A stretch of 64,000 nt of DNA from Centroscyllium fabricii (GCA_051313645.2 JBNRSN020000013.1:72664001-72728000); one strand, 5' to 3'; counted from the stretch's first letter, positions 49,727 to 61,813 are shown. Made by a program: numbers and translations. The notes: generated from the sequence alone by a model not told the origin.

Positions 49727-50029
49727 CCCCGCCTGGCGTGGAGTCGTCCAGACCCGAACCATCTTCGGCTTTTTTATAAAAAAAGTAATTCTGTGGGATT
49801 TACAGCAGACTAGCGTTAGGCCCTGTGACTGCACCCCTTTGATGTGTCTTTTTTTTTGCTTTTAAAAAAGGAAAAAAAATCACACTGTTTTGCAGCATGT
49901 GACCCCCCTGCAATTGTGCCCCATTGTTCGCAGACTGAGGTGTTAAGGTATGCTAATATGCTTGTGTGCTCTAGGGTTGGATCAGATTTCTCCCCTCCCC
50001 CATGTGTGATCTTTGAGTTCAGTTTCTCT

Positions 50030-50067
50030 TTGCCTGACGAAGGGGCAAAAGCTCCGAAAGCTTGTGA
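50030..50067 (+). ncRNA. Minimal type I hammerhead ribozyme
   Basis: TTGC-CTGACGA-A-GGGGCAAAAGCTCC-GAAA-GC-TT-GTGA: core, stem II GGGGC/GCTCC, palindrome AAGCTT at stem III, wobble-rich stem I. Confidence 0.75.
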
Positions 50068-50614
50068 TTTAAAATAAAACGTTGGACTTTAAACCTGGTG
50101 TTGTGTGACTTTTTGCAGTTATGAAATGGCAGCCCCTTATTTTAAGATTATGCCCCCTAGTCCTAGTTTCACCCACCATTGGGAACATCCTCACCGCATC
50201 CACCCAATCAAGCCCTCTCACAATCTTATATGTTTCAATAAGATCGCCTCTCATTCTTCTGAACTCCAATGAGTAGAGGCCCAATCTACTCAACCTCTTG
50301 TCATATGTCAGCCCCCTCATCCCCGGAATTAACCTAGTGAACCTTCTTTGCACTGCCTCGAGAGCAAGTATGTCCTTTCTTAAATATGGATACCAGAACT
50401 GCATGCAGTATTCCAGGTGTGGTCTCACCAATTCCCTGTACAACTGCAGCAAGACCTCCCTGCTTTTATACTCCATCCCCTTAGCAATAAAAGCCAACAT
50501 TCCATTGGCCTTCCTGACCACCTGCTGCACCTGCATACTAACGTTTTGTGTTTCCTGCACCAGGACTCCCAGATCCTTTTGCATTATCGTTAGGTGGGAC
50601 GTTCCAGGATTTTG

Positions 50615-50757
50615 ACCCAACAGCACTGTGGGAGTACTTTCACCACACGGACTGCATTGCTTCAAGAAGGCGGCTCACCACCACCTTCTCGAGGGCATTT
50701 AGAGATGGACAATAAATGCTGGCCGTGCCAACGACGCCCATATCCCTTGAATAAATA
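50615..50757 (+). mobile_element. LINE 3' end (same family as 34250-34420)
   Basis: CCCAACAGCACTGTGGGAGTAC...TTCAAGAAGGCGGCTCACCACCACC...AATAAATGCTGGCC. Confidence 0.75.
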
Positions 50758-51541
50758 ATGTTTAAAAAACATGCTTGGTAGTTAACTAATTAACCTTAAA
50801 TGAAATAGCTCACCCTAATTTTAGACTCGACAGAACCACCGAGTTCACCAAATCTGTTTGAATGCAGTAGCCGGCCTCTTACCTGATCGGAGACACCAAA
50901 CACATAGCTCTCCATTAGTAAAATAAATGTGGCCATTAGATCCCTCCTTGATCACAGGAAACAGCTATCCACTTTGTAACAGCATGGGACAAACTTTCTT
51001 TTCCAGGTACTAAGAGGCCTGGTGCACCAGATTTCTAGTTATCTCTTGATTGGAGTTTGGTTTAAGGAGATTGAGGAAATCATTTTCATGCACACTGGAA
51101 CTCTATTTAGTGCCTTGCCCAACCAACATTAAGGTTACTGGAACAATTTAATCCCAATATCACCTCTTTATGCTTTTGATTGCCTTTTCCATTCTGTGAT
51201 TATTTTAGCTGGATTTGTTCCCAGCAAGCACAGCAACACTGCTGGTTTTAAAAGTGTGCCTGAAACCAAAGGCAATGAATCTGGGGAAGAAGAAGCAGGA
51301 ATGGATGACATCACTGATGAATCAAAAAGTACCAACAAATAGGATTTAGTACTGGTACCTTTTGTTTATTTTTCCATCTTCTTAAGGTAATTACATGCCA
51401 AAGGCTTGGACAGAAAAGATATGGATCGCATCCATCAGACTTTATTGCAGTTGTATACAATTTGGAACGGTTACATCAAAAATGTTGAGAACAGTTGCTC
51501 CCGATGACAATCCGACAAAGAATTTTGTCAAAATTGATTAT

Positions 51542-52180
51542 TGGCTGGGCTCCCTTTGCCGGGCTGGGGTGGGGTGGGCACCCTGGGCCGAGCTGGGCTC
51601 CGGAAGTGGGCTCTGCTGGGCCGGGCTGGGCTTCGAGTGGGCTCCCTTTGCCAGGCTGGGGTGGGGTGGGCCGGGCTGGGCTCCCTTTGCCGGGCTGGGC
51701 TCTGAGTGCGCTCCCTTTGCCGGGCTGGGCTCCAAGTGCGCTCCCTGGTCCGGGCTGGGCTCCGAGTGCACTCCCTGGTCCGGGCTGGGCTCCGAATGCA
51801 CTCCCTGGTCCGGGCTGGGCTCCGAGTGTGCTCCCTGGTCCGGGCTGGGCTCCGAGTGCGCTCCCTGGTCCGGGCTGGGCTCCGAGTGCACTCCCTGGTC
51901 CGGGCTGGGCTCCGAGTGCGCTCCCTGGTCCGGGCTGGGCTCCGAGTGCACTCCCTGGTCCGGGCTGGGCTCCGAGTGCGCTCCCTGGTCTGGGCTGGGC
52001 TCCGAGTGTGCTCTCTGGTCCAGGCTGGGCTCCAAGTGGGCTCCACTGAGCTGGGCTGGGCTGGGCTCAGAGTGGGTTCCCTTTGCCGGGCTGGGGTGCG
52101 GTGGGCTCCCTGGGCTGGACTCCAAGTGGGCTCCGCTGGGCCGGGCTGGGCTCCAAGTGGGCTCCGCCGGCCCGGGCTGC
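51542..52180. repeat. 30-bp GC-rich minisatellite built on GGGCT pentamers
   Basis: About 10 near-perfect units cgggctgggctccgagtgcrctccctggtc at 51721-52020, with degenerate flanks. Confidence 0.95.
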
Positions 52181-52279
52181 CTACCAGGTCCTACATCTTT
52201 CTGAACCGGCCCAGCTGGCTCTGAACGGTGTCCAGCGGGGCTGCAGAGAGTCTCCATCTCCCTCTCCTCACATACATAC

Positions 52280-52397
52280 AGCCCATGTACATAAAAATAA
52301 AATGGCCACCATCAACCTGCATCGAAAGGCCACCTGTCTATAAAGGCCACTTTTTGCCTTTCCTGTGAGTGGCCTTTCTGTACAGGTTTGACTGTAT
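52280..52397. mobile_element. One end of a Tc1/mariner-pogo-like DNA transposon
   Basis: Terminus ...ACAGGTTTGACTG|TA (reverse complement TA|CAGTCAAACCTGT) with repeated subterminal AAAGGCCAC motifs; partner TIR not found. Confidence 0.55.
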
Positions 52398-52990
52398 CTC
52401 AGCCTTGAATATACTCAATGACTCAGCATCCACAGCCCTTTCGGGTAGAGAATTCTAACGATTCACAACCCTCTGAGTGAAGAAATTGCTCATCTTAGTC
52501 TTAATTGGCCGACCCCTTATCCTAAGACTATGTCCCCTAGTTCTAGACTCTCCAGCCAGGGAAAACAACTTTTCAGCATCTACCCTGTCAATCCCCTCAC
52601 ATTTTTCTATGCTTCAATGAAATCACCTCTCATTCTTCTAAACTCCAGAGAGAGCATAGGCCCAATCTACTCAATCTGTCTTCATAGGACAACCCTCTCA
52701 TCCCACAAATCAATCTACTGAACCCTTGTTGCACCGCCTCAAAGGCATGTATGTCCTTTCTCAGATAAGGAGACCAAAACTGTGCACAGTACTCCAGGTG
52801 TAGACTCGCCAAAGCCCTGTACAATTGTAGCAAGACTTCCCTACTCTTGTACTCCAACCCCCTTGCAGTAAAAGCCAACATGCCATTTGCCTTCCTAATT
52901 CCTTGCTGTACCTGCATGCTAACTTTGTGTGTTTCCTGTACGAGGACACTTAAATCTCTCTGAACACCAATATTTAACAGTTTTTCACTA

Positions 52991-54388
52991 TGTAGCCCTG
53001 TGAATAATTGGGCTATTAAGGGGGTGGACTTTAGGACCTGGGAGACACAGACACAAACAGCCCAGAGCCAGCAGCTGTTGATAATTAAAACAGGAGTGCA
53101 AAAAGGGGTCACATGACCCCAGGAGAGGAGTATAAAACAGGCAGTTTAAGTTGGAGTCTGCCAGAGGAGGTTGGAGTCTGGAGTCTGGACAGGAGAGAAG
53201 AAGGAGCTTTTTGGAGCGTGGGCTGAAGGAGAGAAGGAGCTTTTTAGAGCGTGGGCTGGAAAAAAGGAGCTTTTTGGAGTCTGGGTAAGGGAGCAGAGCT
53301 GGAAGCTGTGAGTAGCAGTCCTCGGATAGAGGGCTGTGTAATGCTCAGCAGTTTTCCTAAGCCGTGAGTAGCAGTCGTCGGATAGAGGGCTGTGTAATGC
53401 TCAGCAGTCTTCCTGGAGCCACTGGGCTACCTCTGAGTGGCACAGAGCGAACCCCAGAGCGGCAGAAGCCCGGAGAGGCAGTATACCATTGAGAGAGAAG
53501 GGGGAAGGAGTTGGAGAGCAGTGGACTCCTTTAAGCCATAACTGGTCTTGGGAATATGCTTTAACGAGATTATAGAGGGCTTTGAACCAAAGTTTAATAC
53601 CGATAACTCGTGAGAAGATGTTCGACTAGTTAACAGAGTTTAAGCAGTGATGTGGGCTGACTGAGGCTGTAAAATACTCGTGGAGCTTGGGGCAGTAGCT
53701 TGGTTCAGAATATTCCTGAGCGGAATGAACCATTATAACCAGATAGCGTTTTGAGTGACCTGGAGACAGCTCAAAAACTCCTCTGGCTACGCTGGATTTA
53801 CTCAACACTTCGTGAAAGGCCAAGCCGCTGATTGTTTGTTCCTGGTCCAAGATCTATTGATTGTTTATTGCTCTAATGAGAGTGAAGAACCTTTACGTTT
53901 GAGTTACAAAGTCTGCAAGCAACTTAACAGGCCTGCTACGCTTTTCCATTTTGTAAATTCAATCTGCCGGCTTAGAGTATAGTTGATAGTAATGGGCACA
54001 AGGTGCGTGAGTTCATTGATGTAACGTAAAGTCTAAATTATTTTAACTCATTGACTGAAAAGAGATTAAGGTAACTGAATGCTGTAACTCTAAATTCTTG
54101 GTTAAAGACAGAAAGTTAGAAATGTGCTAAGGTTTACTTTGACTGTTGAATATTTTACCTTGCAAATAAATTTACAAGTTACTGTTTTAATTGTTAAAAT
54201 AGTTTCTGAGTGTTAATTGTTGTAGAGGTTAATGTTTAGTCTTGAAAGTATGAGACTGAAGAGTGTTTGCTCATTGTATTCAAATTTACTGGAATTGTAG
54301 TTATAAAGGATCCAAGATTCACTAACGAAAGATGGAGTTAAAGAACTCAGGGCCCCCTCAATTCACGGAACGGATTGACTGGGCTACA
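52991..54388 (+). mobile_element. Solo LTR (1398 bp), probably Gypsy-type
   Basis: TGTAGCCC...GGGCTACA inverted termini, 4-bp TSD ACTA (52987-52990, 54389-54392), TATAAAA ~53130, AATAAA ~54165; host CR1 rejoins across it. Confidence 0.9.
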
Positions 54389-54772
54389 ACTATTTAAAAA
54401 ATATTCTGTTTTTCTATTCTTCCTAACAAAGTGAATAAACTCACATCTGCCACCTTATTGCCCACTCACTTAATCTATCTATATCCCTTTGTAGGTTCTG
54501 TGTGTCCTCCTCACAGCATATTTTCCTACCTAGCTTTGTATCATCCGCAAACTTGGATATATTGCACTCGGTCCCTTCAACTAAGTCATTGATATAGATC
54601 GTAAATAGCTCAGGCCCCAGCACTGATCCTTGTGGCACCCCACTAGTTACAGCTTGCCAACCGGAAAACGACCCGTTTATCCCTACTCTCTATTTTCTGT
54701 CCATTAATCAATCCTCTATCTATGCTAATATATTATCCCCCAACCCCATGAACCCTTATCTTGCATCGCAGC

Positions 54773-54996
54773 TGACATGAATCAGTCATTCATGAAAGAA
54801 AAATTTATGAAATAATACTGAGCAGCCTGCAGGTGGCGCTGTCCAGGGAGAGTATAAATACTCGGGCACGGGCCCAGCTTGCACAGGACATTCTTAACAG
54901 GAACAAATTAAGTACACTAGACCTCCATGTTGTAAAATAGTTGATTAAAGCTTTGTTTAACGCTTAGACCAAGTGCCTAGTAGTTTTCTTACATCA
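54773..54996 (+). mobile_element. Candidate short solo LTR
   Basis: TGACATGAA...TTCTTACATCA termini, TATAAATA ~54853, ATTAAA ~54944; TSD imperfect (gcagc/tcagc). Confidence 0.5.
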
Positions 54997-55182
54997 GCTA
55001 CCTCTCTTTCCTCCTTTAAGATGCTTCTTAAAACCCAAGTCTTTGACCAAGCTTTTGGTCACCTGCCCTAATTTCTCTTATGCGGCTCGGTGTCAAATTG
55101 TTTGTCTCTCAATACTCCTGTGAAGTGCCTTGGGATGTTTTACTATGTTTAAGGTGCAATATAAATACAAGTTGTTGTTGTT
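54997..55182 (+). mobile_element. L2-type 3' tail fragment
   Basis: Matches 35408-35590 and ends in (GTT)n. Confidence 0.85.
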
Positions 55183-56147
55183 GTAGCAACCTTTTATGTG
55201 GCACCTTATCGAATGTCATTTGGAAATCCAAATATAAGACGTCCACTGGTTCCCCTTTATCTACCCCGCTAGCTACATCCGCAAAAATCTCAAACAAATT
55301 TGTTAAACACGATTTCCTTTTTATAAAACCACATTGACTCTGCCTAATCATGTGATTTTTTAAAACCTCTTTCTTAATAATGGATTCCAGCATTTTCCCG
55401 ATGACTGACGTCTGGTTGTAGTCCCTGGTTTTCTCTCTCCCTCCTTTCTTGAATAGCATTCAATTACATTTGCTATCTTACAATCCACTGGGACCGTTCT
55501 AGAATCAGGGAATTTTGGAAGATCACAACCATTGCATCCACTGTCTCTGTAGCCACCTCTTTTAGAGCCCTCTCTTTTCCTGCTGGAGTTGAATAGATGC
55601 TGTTCAATCACAGAAGGGGGAAAAGAGCATCACAGCCAAACCCAATCCTGTCCTTACCCAACGCTCACATTCATGCACTTCCAACTTATGCCACTGGATA
55701 GATACTATTCTAGGAACTCTGGCCGATTTACCTTCAATAATCTAGAAGTGCTGAGGTCAAATACAGTAAACCTCCTTCTACCCCAGCTGAAACCAGTAAA
55801 CACAGCAGAAACCAGATTTCAAATCTGGGACCGTCCTGGTCTGTATAGCTAGCTACTCATTGGGTAAACTCATTGCGCAACTGAAAGTATGGCTTGTATT
55901 TTTAAAGGAATCAAATTTTCACCAATGTATGCAATTATATCAACTTTATCCTATTTACTTCTTGGGTATATGTTGTAGTAAATGTGCCTTGAAACATTAA
56001 AATGGTTTGTATGAGTGTTGCAACAATTAATGCTGCATTATAAATTAACAGATAAATTTGATGGAGACACTACTGATGAAAGAGGTGTATCATGATTTGC
56101 TGAATGGCACCATTGCAACGCTAGTATTACTGCAAAAGCAAGACCTA

Positions 56148-56864
56148 GGCCCGTATTTTCCGATCGCAGGTCTCCCGTGAGCAGAGGCCTGCGATCTGGA
56201 AAAATCTGCGCCCTTACCTGAGGACTCCTAGGACGTGCACACTTCCGATGCTGGGCCTCACCAAACTGCAGGTGCGCAGGGCCCACATATACCAGGGGCG
56301 CAGGTAGTTCGCAGCATCCCCGGGATCACATGGGCCATGGGGAGCCAATCACAGAAGGGAATCTCCCTTCATACATTTGACAGGAAGACCTGCCAAATAT
56401 ATGAATGGGGATCAATGAAAAAACATAGTAAAACTTTAAATACATTAAAAAATTAAAAATAATTTTTTTTAAATGACTGAAATTGAAATTACATTAAATT
56501 AAGTATTTTAAACAAAAATTTAATTTTTTGAAAAAAATAAAGTATTTTACGGGGCTAAAAATAAACTTTCCTTCTTTTAAAAGTACTTTTAAATGATAAA
56601 TCAGTGATTTTTTTTTACTTTTTTCTACTCTTATCCTGGTAAAAGCAAGCGTTGTCTACTTTTACTAGGTGTAAGAATTGTAAGGGTTTTCTGTGGGCGG
56701 AGGGTCTCCAAAAAGTGGAACTATCTGCCCAGAGGCCCTTCTCCAGGGCAGCCGGAGAATCTGTCAAGAAGATTCTTGACAGATCGAAAATGCTGGCATT
56801 TCCGATGTCCCTACAGGTGGGTACACAGCGCGTACCCACCCGTAGCAATCAGAATATCCGGCCC
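56148..56864. mobile_element. Second Harbinger-like MITE, related to 46791-47529 in opposite orientation
   Basis: Imperfect 20-bp TIRs (15/20), flanks CTA/ATA; shares GATTGGCTCCCC..GG.CCA.GTGATCCCG and hairpins with the first copy. Confidence 0.75.
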
Positions 56865-57026
56865 ATAAAGTTGTAGTCTTATGGTGATCTTGTTAGGCAC
56901 CCATTCTGATTTAACAGTATGGTTTTATGCAGTGGGAAAGTTAATTAAGTTGCCAAATAGTTTAGTTATAAAGCTTTACTATCTGATGAGAGCACAGATA
57001 GTAATGAATTAGTGTTTCTCAGTTCA

Positions 57027-57470
57027 GTGTCAAACGTGGCTCAGTGGGTAGCACTTTCACCTTGGAGTCAGAGGTTGTAGGTCCCACTCCAGGGACTTGA
57101 GCACAAAAATCTAGGCCAACACTCCAGTGCAGCACTGAGGGAGTGCTGCACCATCAGAGGTGCCATCTTTCAGATGAGATGTTAAATGAAGCCCTGTCTG
57201 CTCTCTCAGGTGGACGTAAAAGATCCCATGGCACTATTTTAAAGAGCAGAGGAGTTCTTCCCATTGTCCTGGTCAATATTTCTCCCTCAAAAACAGATTA
57301 TCTGGTCATTTTCACACTGCTCTGTGTGGGAGCTTGTGGTGTGCAAATTAAACTGGCTGCTGCATTTCCGATATGACAACAGTGACTACACTCCAAAAAG
57401 TACTTCATTGGCTGTAAAGCACTTTTGAGTAATAGTGAAAGGTGAAATATAAAGGCAAGTCTTTCTTTTC
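57027..57470 (+). mobile_element. Deu-domain SINE (SacSINE1/AmnSINE1-related)
   Basis: tRNA-like head GTGGCTCAGTGGGTAGCAC; core GAGGTGCCATCTTTCAGATGAGATGTTAAA...AAAGATCCCATGGCAC; L2-like tail. Confidence 0.85.
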
Positions 57471-58801
57471 TCTTTTAGAACAATTATTTTATTGATTGGT
57501 TTAGTATTTGGTGTGTTTTGTTCCAGCAATAATTAAAGAAACTTTTGGCTGCCTAAAATATAGAATAATTTAATTCAGTTTTCATTCCCCTTTTACTGAT
57601 AAAAAAACACGGAGATGGCCCAATTCACAATAAACGTTATTTTAAATCACCACAGCTAGCTATTGAGTGCATGTGACTGAGACAAGACACCATAACTACA
57701 CAGCCTGCTGCAGTAATTTGGCAAATACTCATGAACTGGGCCAGCACGCTGTCACGATGCTTATACTAGCAACATAATGAGGGTTAGCAGCACGAGAGTG
57801 AAGTGGCATTTAACAATGCGGTTTTGCTCATGCCAGCAGCATTGAAACTCTGCTCTTCAGAATTGGAGCATCACTGTGTACAAGCACGTCCAAACTGTGT
57901 CTGTGCATGTAGAGTGATGCTCTTAAGTTACAGAAGAAATCATAACGGCCTGTGCATGCAACCCACTTCACCCAGCCAAGCACTCAGCTGGTGTAAGTCA
58001 ACTAGCCCAATAGCAATCAGATTCACAATCAAAGATTCCGGCTCATCTGCACGTCATAATGTTATCACATAATGATGGACATCGGTTGCTGGGCATTATG
58101 TCAGGCTTCAATTGTTATACTTGGGCCAAGACAGTCAGATCCCCATTATCCTGAATGGAGGTGATGTAGGGGCACAGTTCAAGAAGAATTGTTTACTGTA
58201 TTATTGTTGAATTTATGCCTATACCAATGTAAATTGTGCACTAAGTTGATTGTGTTAGTCATCCTGATGCCATAAAACCAACTGTGTGGATTTGAGTGAA
58301 GGTATCTATACTCACCAGCACCTCAGGTGCAACAAAGATACAAGACTAAATGATAATTCCTTGGCAATTAGAATTTACTATACAGGATAAAGTAATATGT
58401 CATATTATGCATTGCATATTTTTACAGTAAAATAGAATTCTACTTTTCAATTTACTCTGTGCAAATTGGCTGCCGTGTTTGCATATAAAACAAGAGAGTG
58501 ATATACTTCAAAACTAGTTCACTGGTTGTGAAGTGCTTTGGGACATCCAGACATGAGAAATGCTATAAATGTAAGTTCTTGCTTTTTTTCATGAATAGTA
58601 GAGTTTACTAAATGCATTTTACTGCCTATAGATTATTGTCTGCAAATATTTACCTTCAGCAAAACTTGGCATCCATATTATTGGCTTTATTGGGAAATTG
58701 AAGAATGATTGACAGAATGTTATGGGGAACTACAATACCTGTACTATAAATTGTTACCATGACTTTTAAAAGCAAGCAGTACACTGGAAGGGTGGAGATA
58801 G

Positions 58802-59300
58802 TCATAGTTTATACAGCACAGAAAGAGGCCCTTCGGACCATCGCGTCCGCGCCGTCCATCAAGCCCAGTCTATTCTAATCCCATTTTCCAGCACTTGGTC
58901 CGTAGCCTTGTATGCTATGGCGTTTCAAGTGCGCATCTAAATGCTTCTTGAATGTTGAGGGTTTCTGCCTTGACCACCCTTTCAGGCAGTGAGTTCCAGA
59001 TTCCAACCACCCTCTGGGTGAAAAGGTTCTTCCTCAAATCCCCTCTAAACCTCCTGCCCCTTACCTTGAAACTATGCCCCCTGGTTATTGACCCTTCTAC
59101 CAAGGGAAAAAGTTCCTTTCTATCTACCCCATCTATGCCCCTCATAATTGTGTACACCTCAATCAGGTCCCTCCTCAGCTCCAAGGAAAACAACCCCAGC
59201 CTGTCCAGCCTTTCTTCATAGCTGAAGTGCTCCAGCCCAGGTAGCATCCTGGTGAATCTCCTCTGCACCCTCTCCAAAGCAAACACATCCTTCCTATAGT
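58802..59300 (-). mobile_element. CR1 3' fragment (same family as 39559)
   Basis: LERVQRRFTRMLPGLEHFSYEERLDRLGLFSLE...FTQRVVGIWNSLP. Confidence 0.93.
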
Positions 59301-59399
59301 ACAACACTCATCTCAGTTTAACCCCCATATTCTACTGGCAGATTTTCCTCATTTCAATACTTCACTCTTTAGCATCCTTCCCACATCTCCTTCAGATCT

Positions 59400-61090
59400 T
59401 TCATTGTCCACTATCTCCATTCAAAGCCCCTGGTTCCATCTTTGTGGAATTACCCCTTGCTTGTCCTCACCCCATCAATGCTCTGATTACTTCTCATTCT
59501 CAGGTGACCTTAATCTGTAACTAAATTCACTTTGCCCTATCTCCAGTTTGTTGGTCCTCCTCTGCCACCTCCACCCCATTATTCACAAACTCTCCCAGCG
59601 ACATGCATGGCCAACCCTCAGCCTTGCTATCTGTCAATACTTAGCCACCTCCAAGGTTACAATCACTGACTGGGTCATCTTAGATCAGTTCTTCATCAAT
59701 TTCATCATGCACATCTCCTTGTCTGCTTCCAACACCTCCACTCTCCTTCTGCCCCCGCAAAAACTACCCCAAATCACGCACCTTCCTTCTCCAACTCTTT
59801 CTACAGTGGGCTACCATCCACACTGAATTCGGTGCCATACCTTCATAATTAAAAATTCCTCACCCACACCAGATCCTAGACAATCTCCCATCCCCACCAC
59901 TCCCTGGATGTAACTGCCACCTCCATGGTCTCGTGTCCATGGACCTCATACTGGAGCACGCACGGCAAACAACTAGTGTGGCTGTCCCCCCTCCAGAATG
60001 GTCTTGACTAGGTCAAGCAACACCACTCCTCTCTCTTCATGGCCAAATCCAAATCCTCCCATTACGCCAGAATCATCCCGGAAGGCAAGGACAACCCAAA
60101 TCAACTTTTCATATCAAAAGGCCTGCTCCAAGACCCCTCCCTAACATGCTCCACACTTGTCAATAAATCTAGGTATGAATGAATGGATTATTTGTTTTCA
60201 AAATCAAGGCCATCCACTCAGCCACCCAATATTTGCTTCACAGCCCCATGTTCATGACATCTTCAATCTCTCCATTACTTCAGGCACTGGGCCCACTCCT
60301 CTTAAAACCACCATCATATCCTCCACTCCATAAAAAGCTACCCTTGGCCTCTCTATTCTCACAAGGTCATTAAATGTTTTGCACATCCAACTATGAGCTT
60401 AATCTTTTCAAGCCCAGCAGATCCTAACCTAGTTTGTCAACTTCTCCTATTTTCACTTTGGTTTTCTCTCCCCACAGGTGCTGCCTGACCGGCTGAGTAT
60501 TTCCAACATTTTCTGTTTTTATGTCATCTATTTATCTTCTGTTTTTCTTTTAAGTATGTTGCAGGTCATTCTACCAACACTTTATCCTTCCCTTTGTTCT
60601 AATTCAAGAAAAATCTTTTACTTTTTTCAATTCTGATGAAAAGATGCAAGTTTGAAATGTTAACTTAGCTGATCTCTCCACAGGTGCTGACTAGCCTGTG
60701 TGTTTCCAACATTTTGTTGTTGTTTTTGTTTCAGATTTCCAGCAGTTACAATTTTTTTTTGCTTTTTATTTAATTAATCCAGAACTCTGCGACCCAAGTC
60801 CTCCTGCACACAGTCCCACACACCAATCACTCCCATTCTCACCAATGGATCAATATGCTCCAGTGAATCGCTTCAAGATTCTGGTCTTCATTTTCAAATC
60901 CCCCATGGCCTTACCCCATCCTATTTGGGTAATTCACTCCAACCATTCCTCTCCAGCCATTCCTCACCATCTGACTCTCAGTTCCTTTCCTCTTTAAACG
61001 GTCATGCCCCTGCCTCTGGAAGTGCCCCCAAATCTCATTGCCTTCCCACCTTTCTCCCTGCCTTCAAAAGCCTCAAGAAAACCTCTACTT
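59400..61090 (+). mobile_element. Highly degraded L2-like LINE remnant
   Basis: C-rich sense strand, GDLN-like, PW and FKILVFIFKS remnants similar to the element at 34430. Confidence 0.5.
60450..60770 (+). mobile_element. Degenerate tandem Penelope-like terminal repeats with decayed hammerhead
   Basis: Two CACAGGTGCTG...TTTCCAACATTTT tails; CTGATGA...GAAATGTTAAC at 60633-60664. Confidence 0.6.
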
Positions 61091-61114
61091 CTTCCCATAC
61101 ATTTCTTGAACCCT

Positions 61115-61540
61115 TGATTCAGAGAGCTGGGGTTCAGGTTCCTGTCCAGGACTGGAGCAATTTGTCTAGGCTGACACTTCAGTACAGTACTTGGAGTGCA
61201 CCGTTGTCAAAGGTGTCGTTTTCTGGAAAAGACATCAAACTGAGGGAAGTCCTGTCTGCCCACTTCAGATGGGAAAAAATGATCATGTTGGCACCATGTG
61301 AAGTAGCACAGGGACGTTTCCTGGTGTCCTAACCAACATTCATCCCTCAGCCAAGATCAACAAACAAATTAATTGTTTATGTATCTTGTTTACTGTTTGT
61401 GGAGCCTTGATGTGTGAAAATTGGCCCACCTTTGCCTACAAAATAGCATTAACATCACTTCAAAAATAATTGGCTGCGAAGAACTTTGGTAAGTACGGAG
61501 GATGTAAAAAGGCACTTTATAAATGCAATCTCTTTTTTCC
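61115..61540 (+). mobile_element. Degenerate Deu-domain SINE
   Basis: Collinear with 57027-57470. Confidence 0.7.
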
Positions 61541-61813
61541 CTGCTTGGTGTTCACCTTTCTCCTTTGTAAAGTGCTGAGAAATCACTTTACCTGAACTGC
61601 ATCACAATGTGTGGTAGCACTCTCGCTGAGTCAGAAGGTCATGGGTCATTGATACAGTCTAGTAGAAACATTAATTTTCACGAAAAACTGTAAAGCAAAT
61701 TACAGGTACAAAACTTTTTCTGAACTTTAACTGGGGTTGTGACTGGATCCGTGGAAGCACGCACATGCAAGAATGTGTGTTACCTCCATTCCTATGGTAC
61801 AACTGCAAATAAA

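Larger units (their letters stand above)
49424..50115 (+). mobile_element. Penelope-like element (5'-truncated, inverted pseudo-LTR arrangement)
   Basis: 12-bp TSD CAGTTATGAAAT (49412-49423, 50116-50127); inverted repeat 49461-49604 / 49974-50117; endonuclease C-terminus at 49607-49726. Confidence 0.92.
48973..50583 (-). mobile_element. CR1 LINE 3' portion interrupted by a Penelope-like insertion
   Basis: QKDLGVLV...LVRPHLEYC...RGHNLKIRG in ORF 50069..50665; sequence resumes at 49423; same terminal tail as 37780. Confidence 0.93.
52398..55575 (-). mobile_element. CR1 LINE split by two LTR-like inserts and an L2-type tail
   Basis: Collinear RT motifs in ORFs 55109..55459, 54441..54638 and 52630..53112. 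Confidence 0.9.

Noticed and set aside
51395-52257. Repetitive 170-270 aa ORFs in five frames
   Set aside because: By-product of a 30-bp GC-rich minisatellite that is open in most frames.
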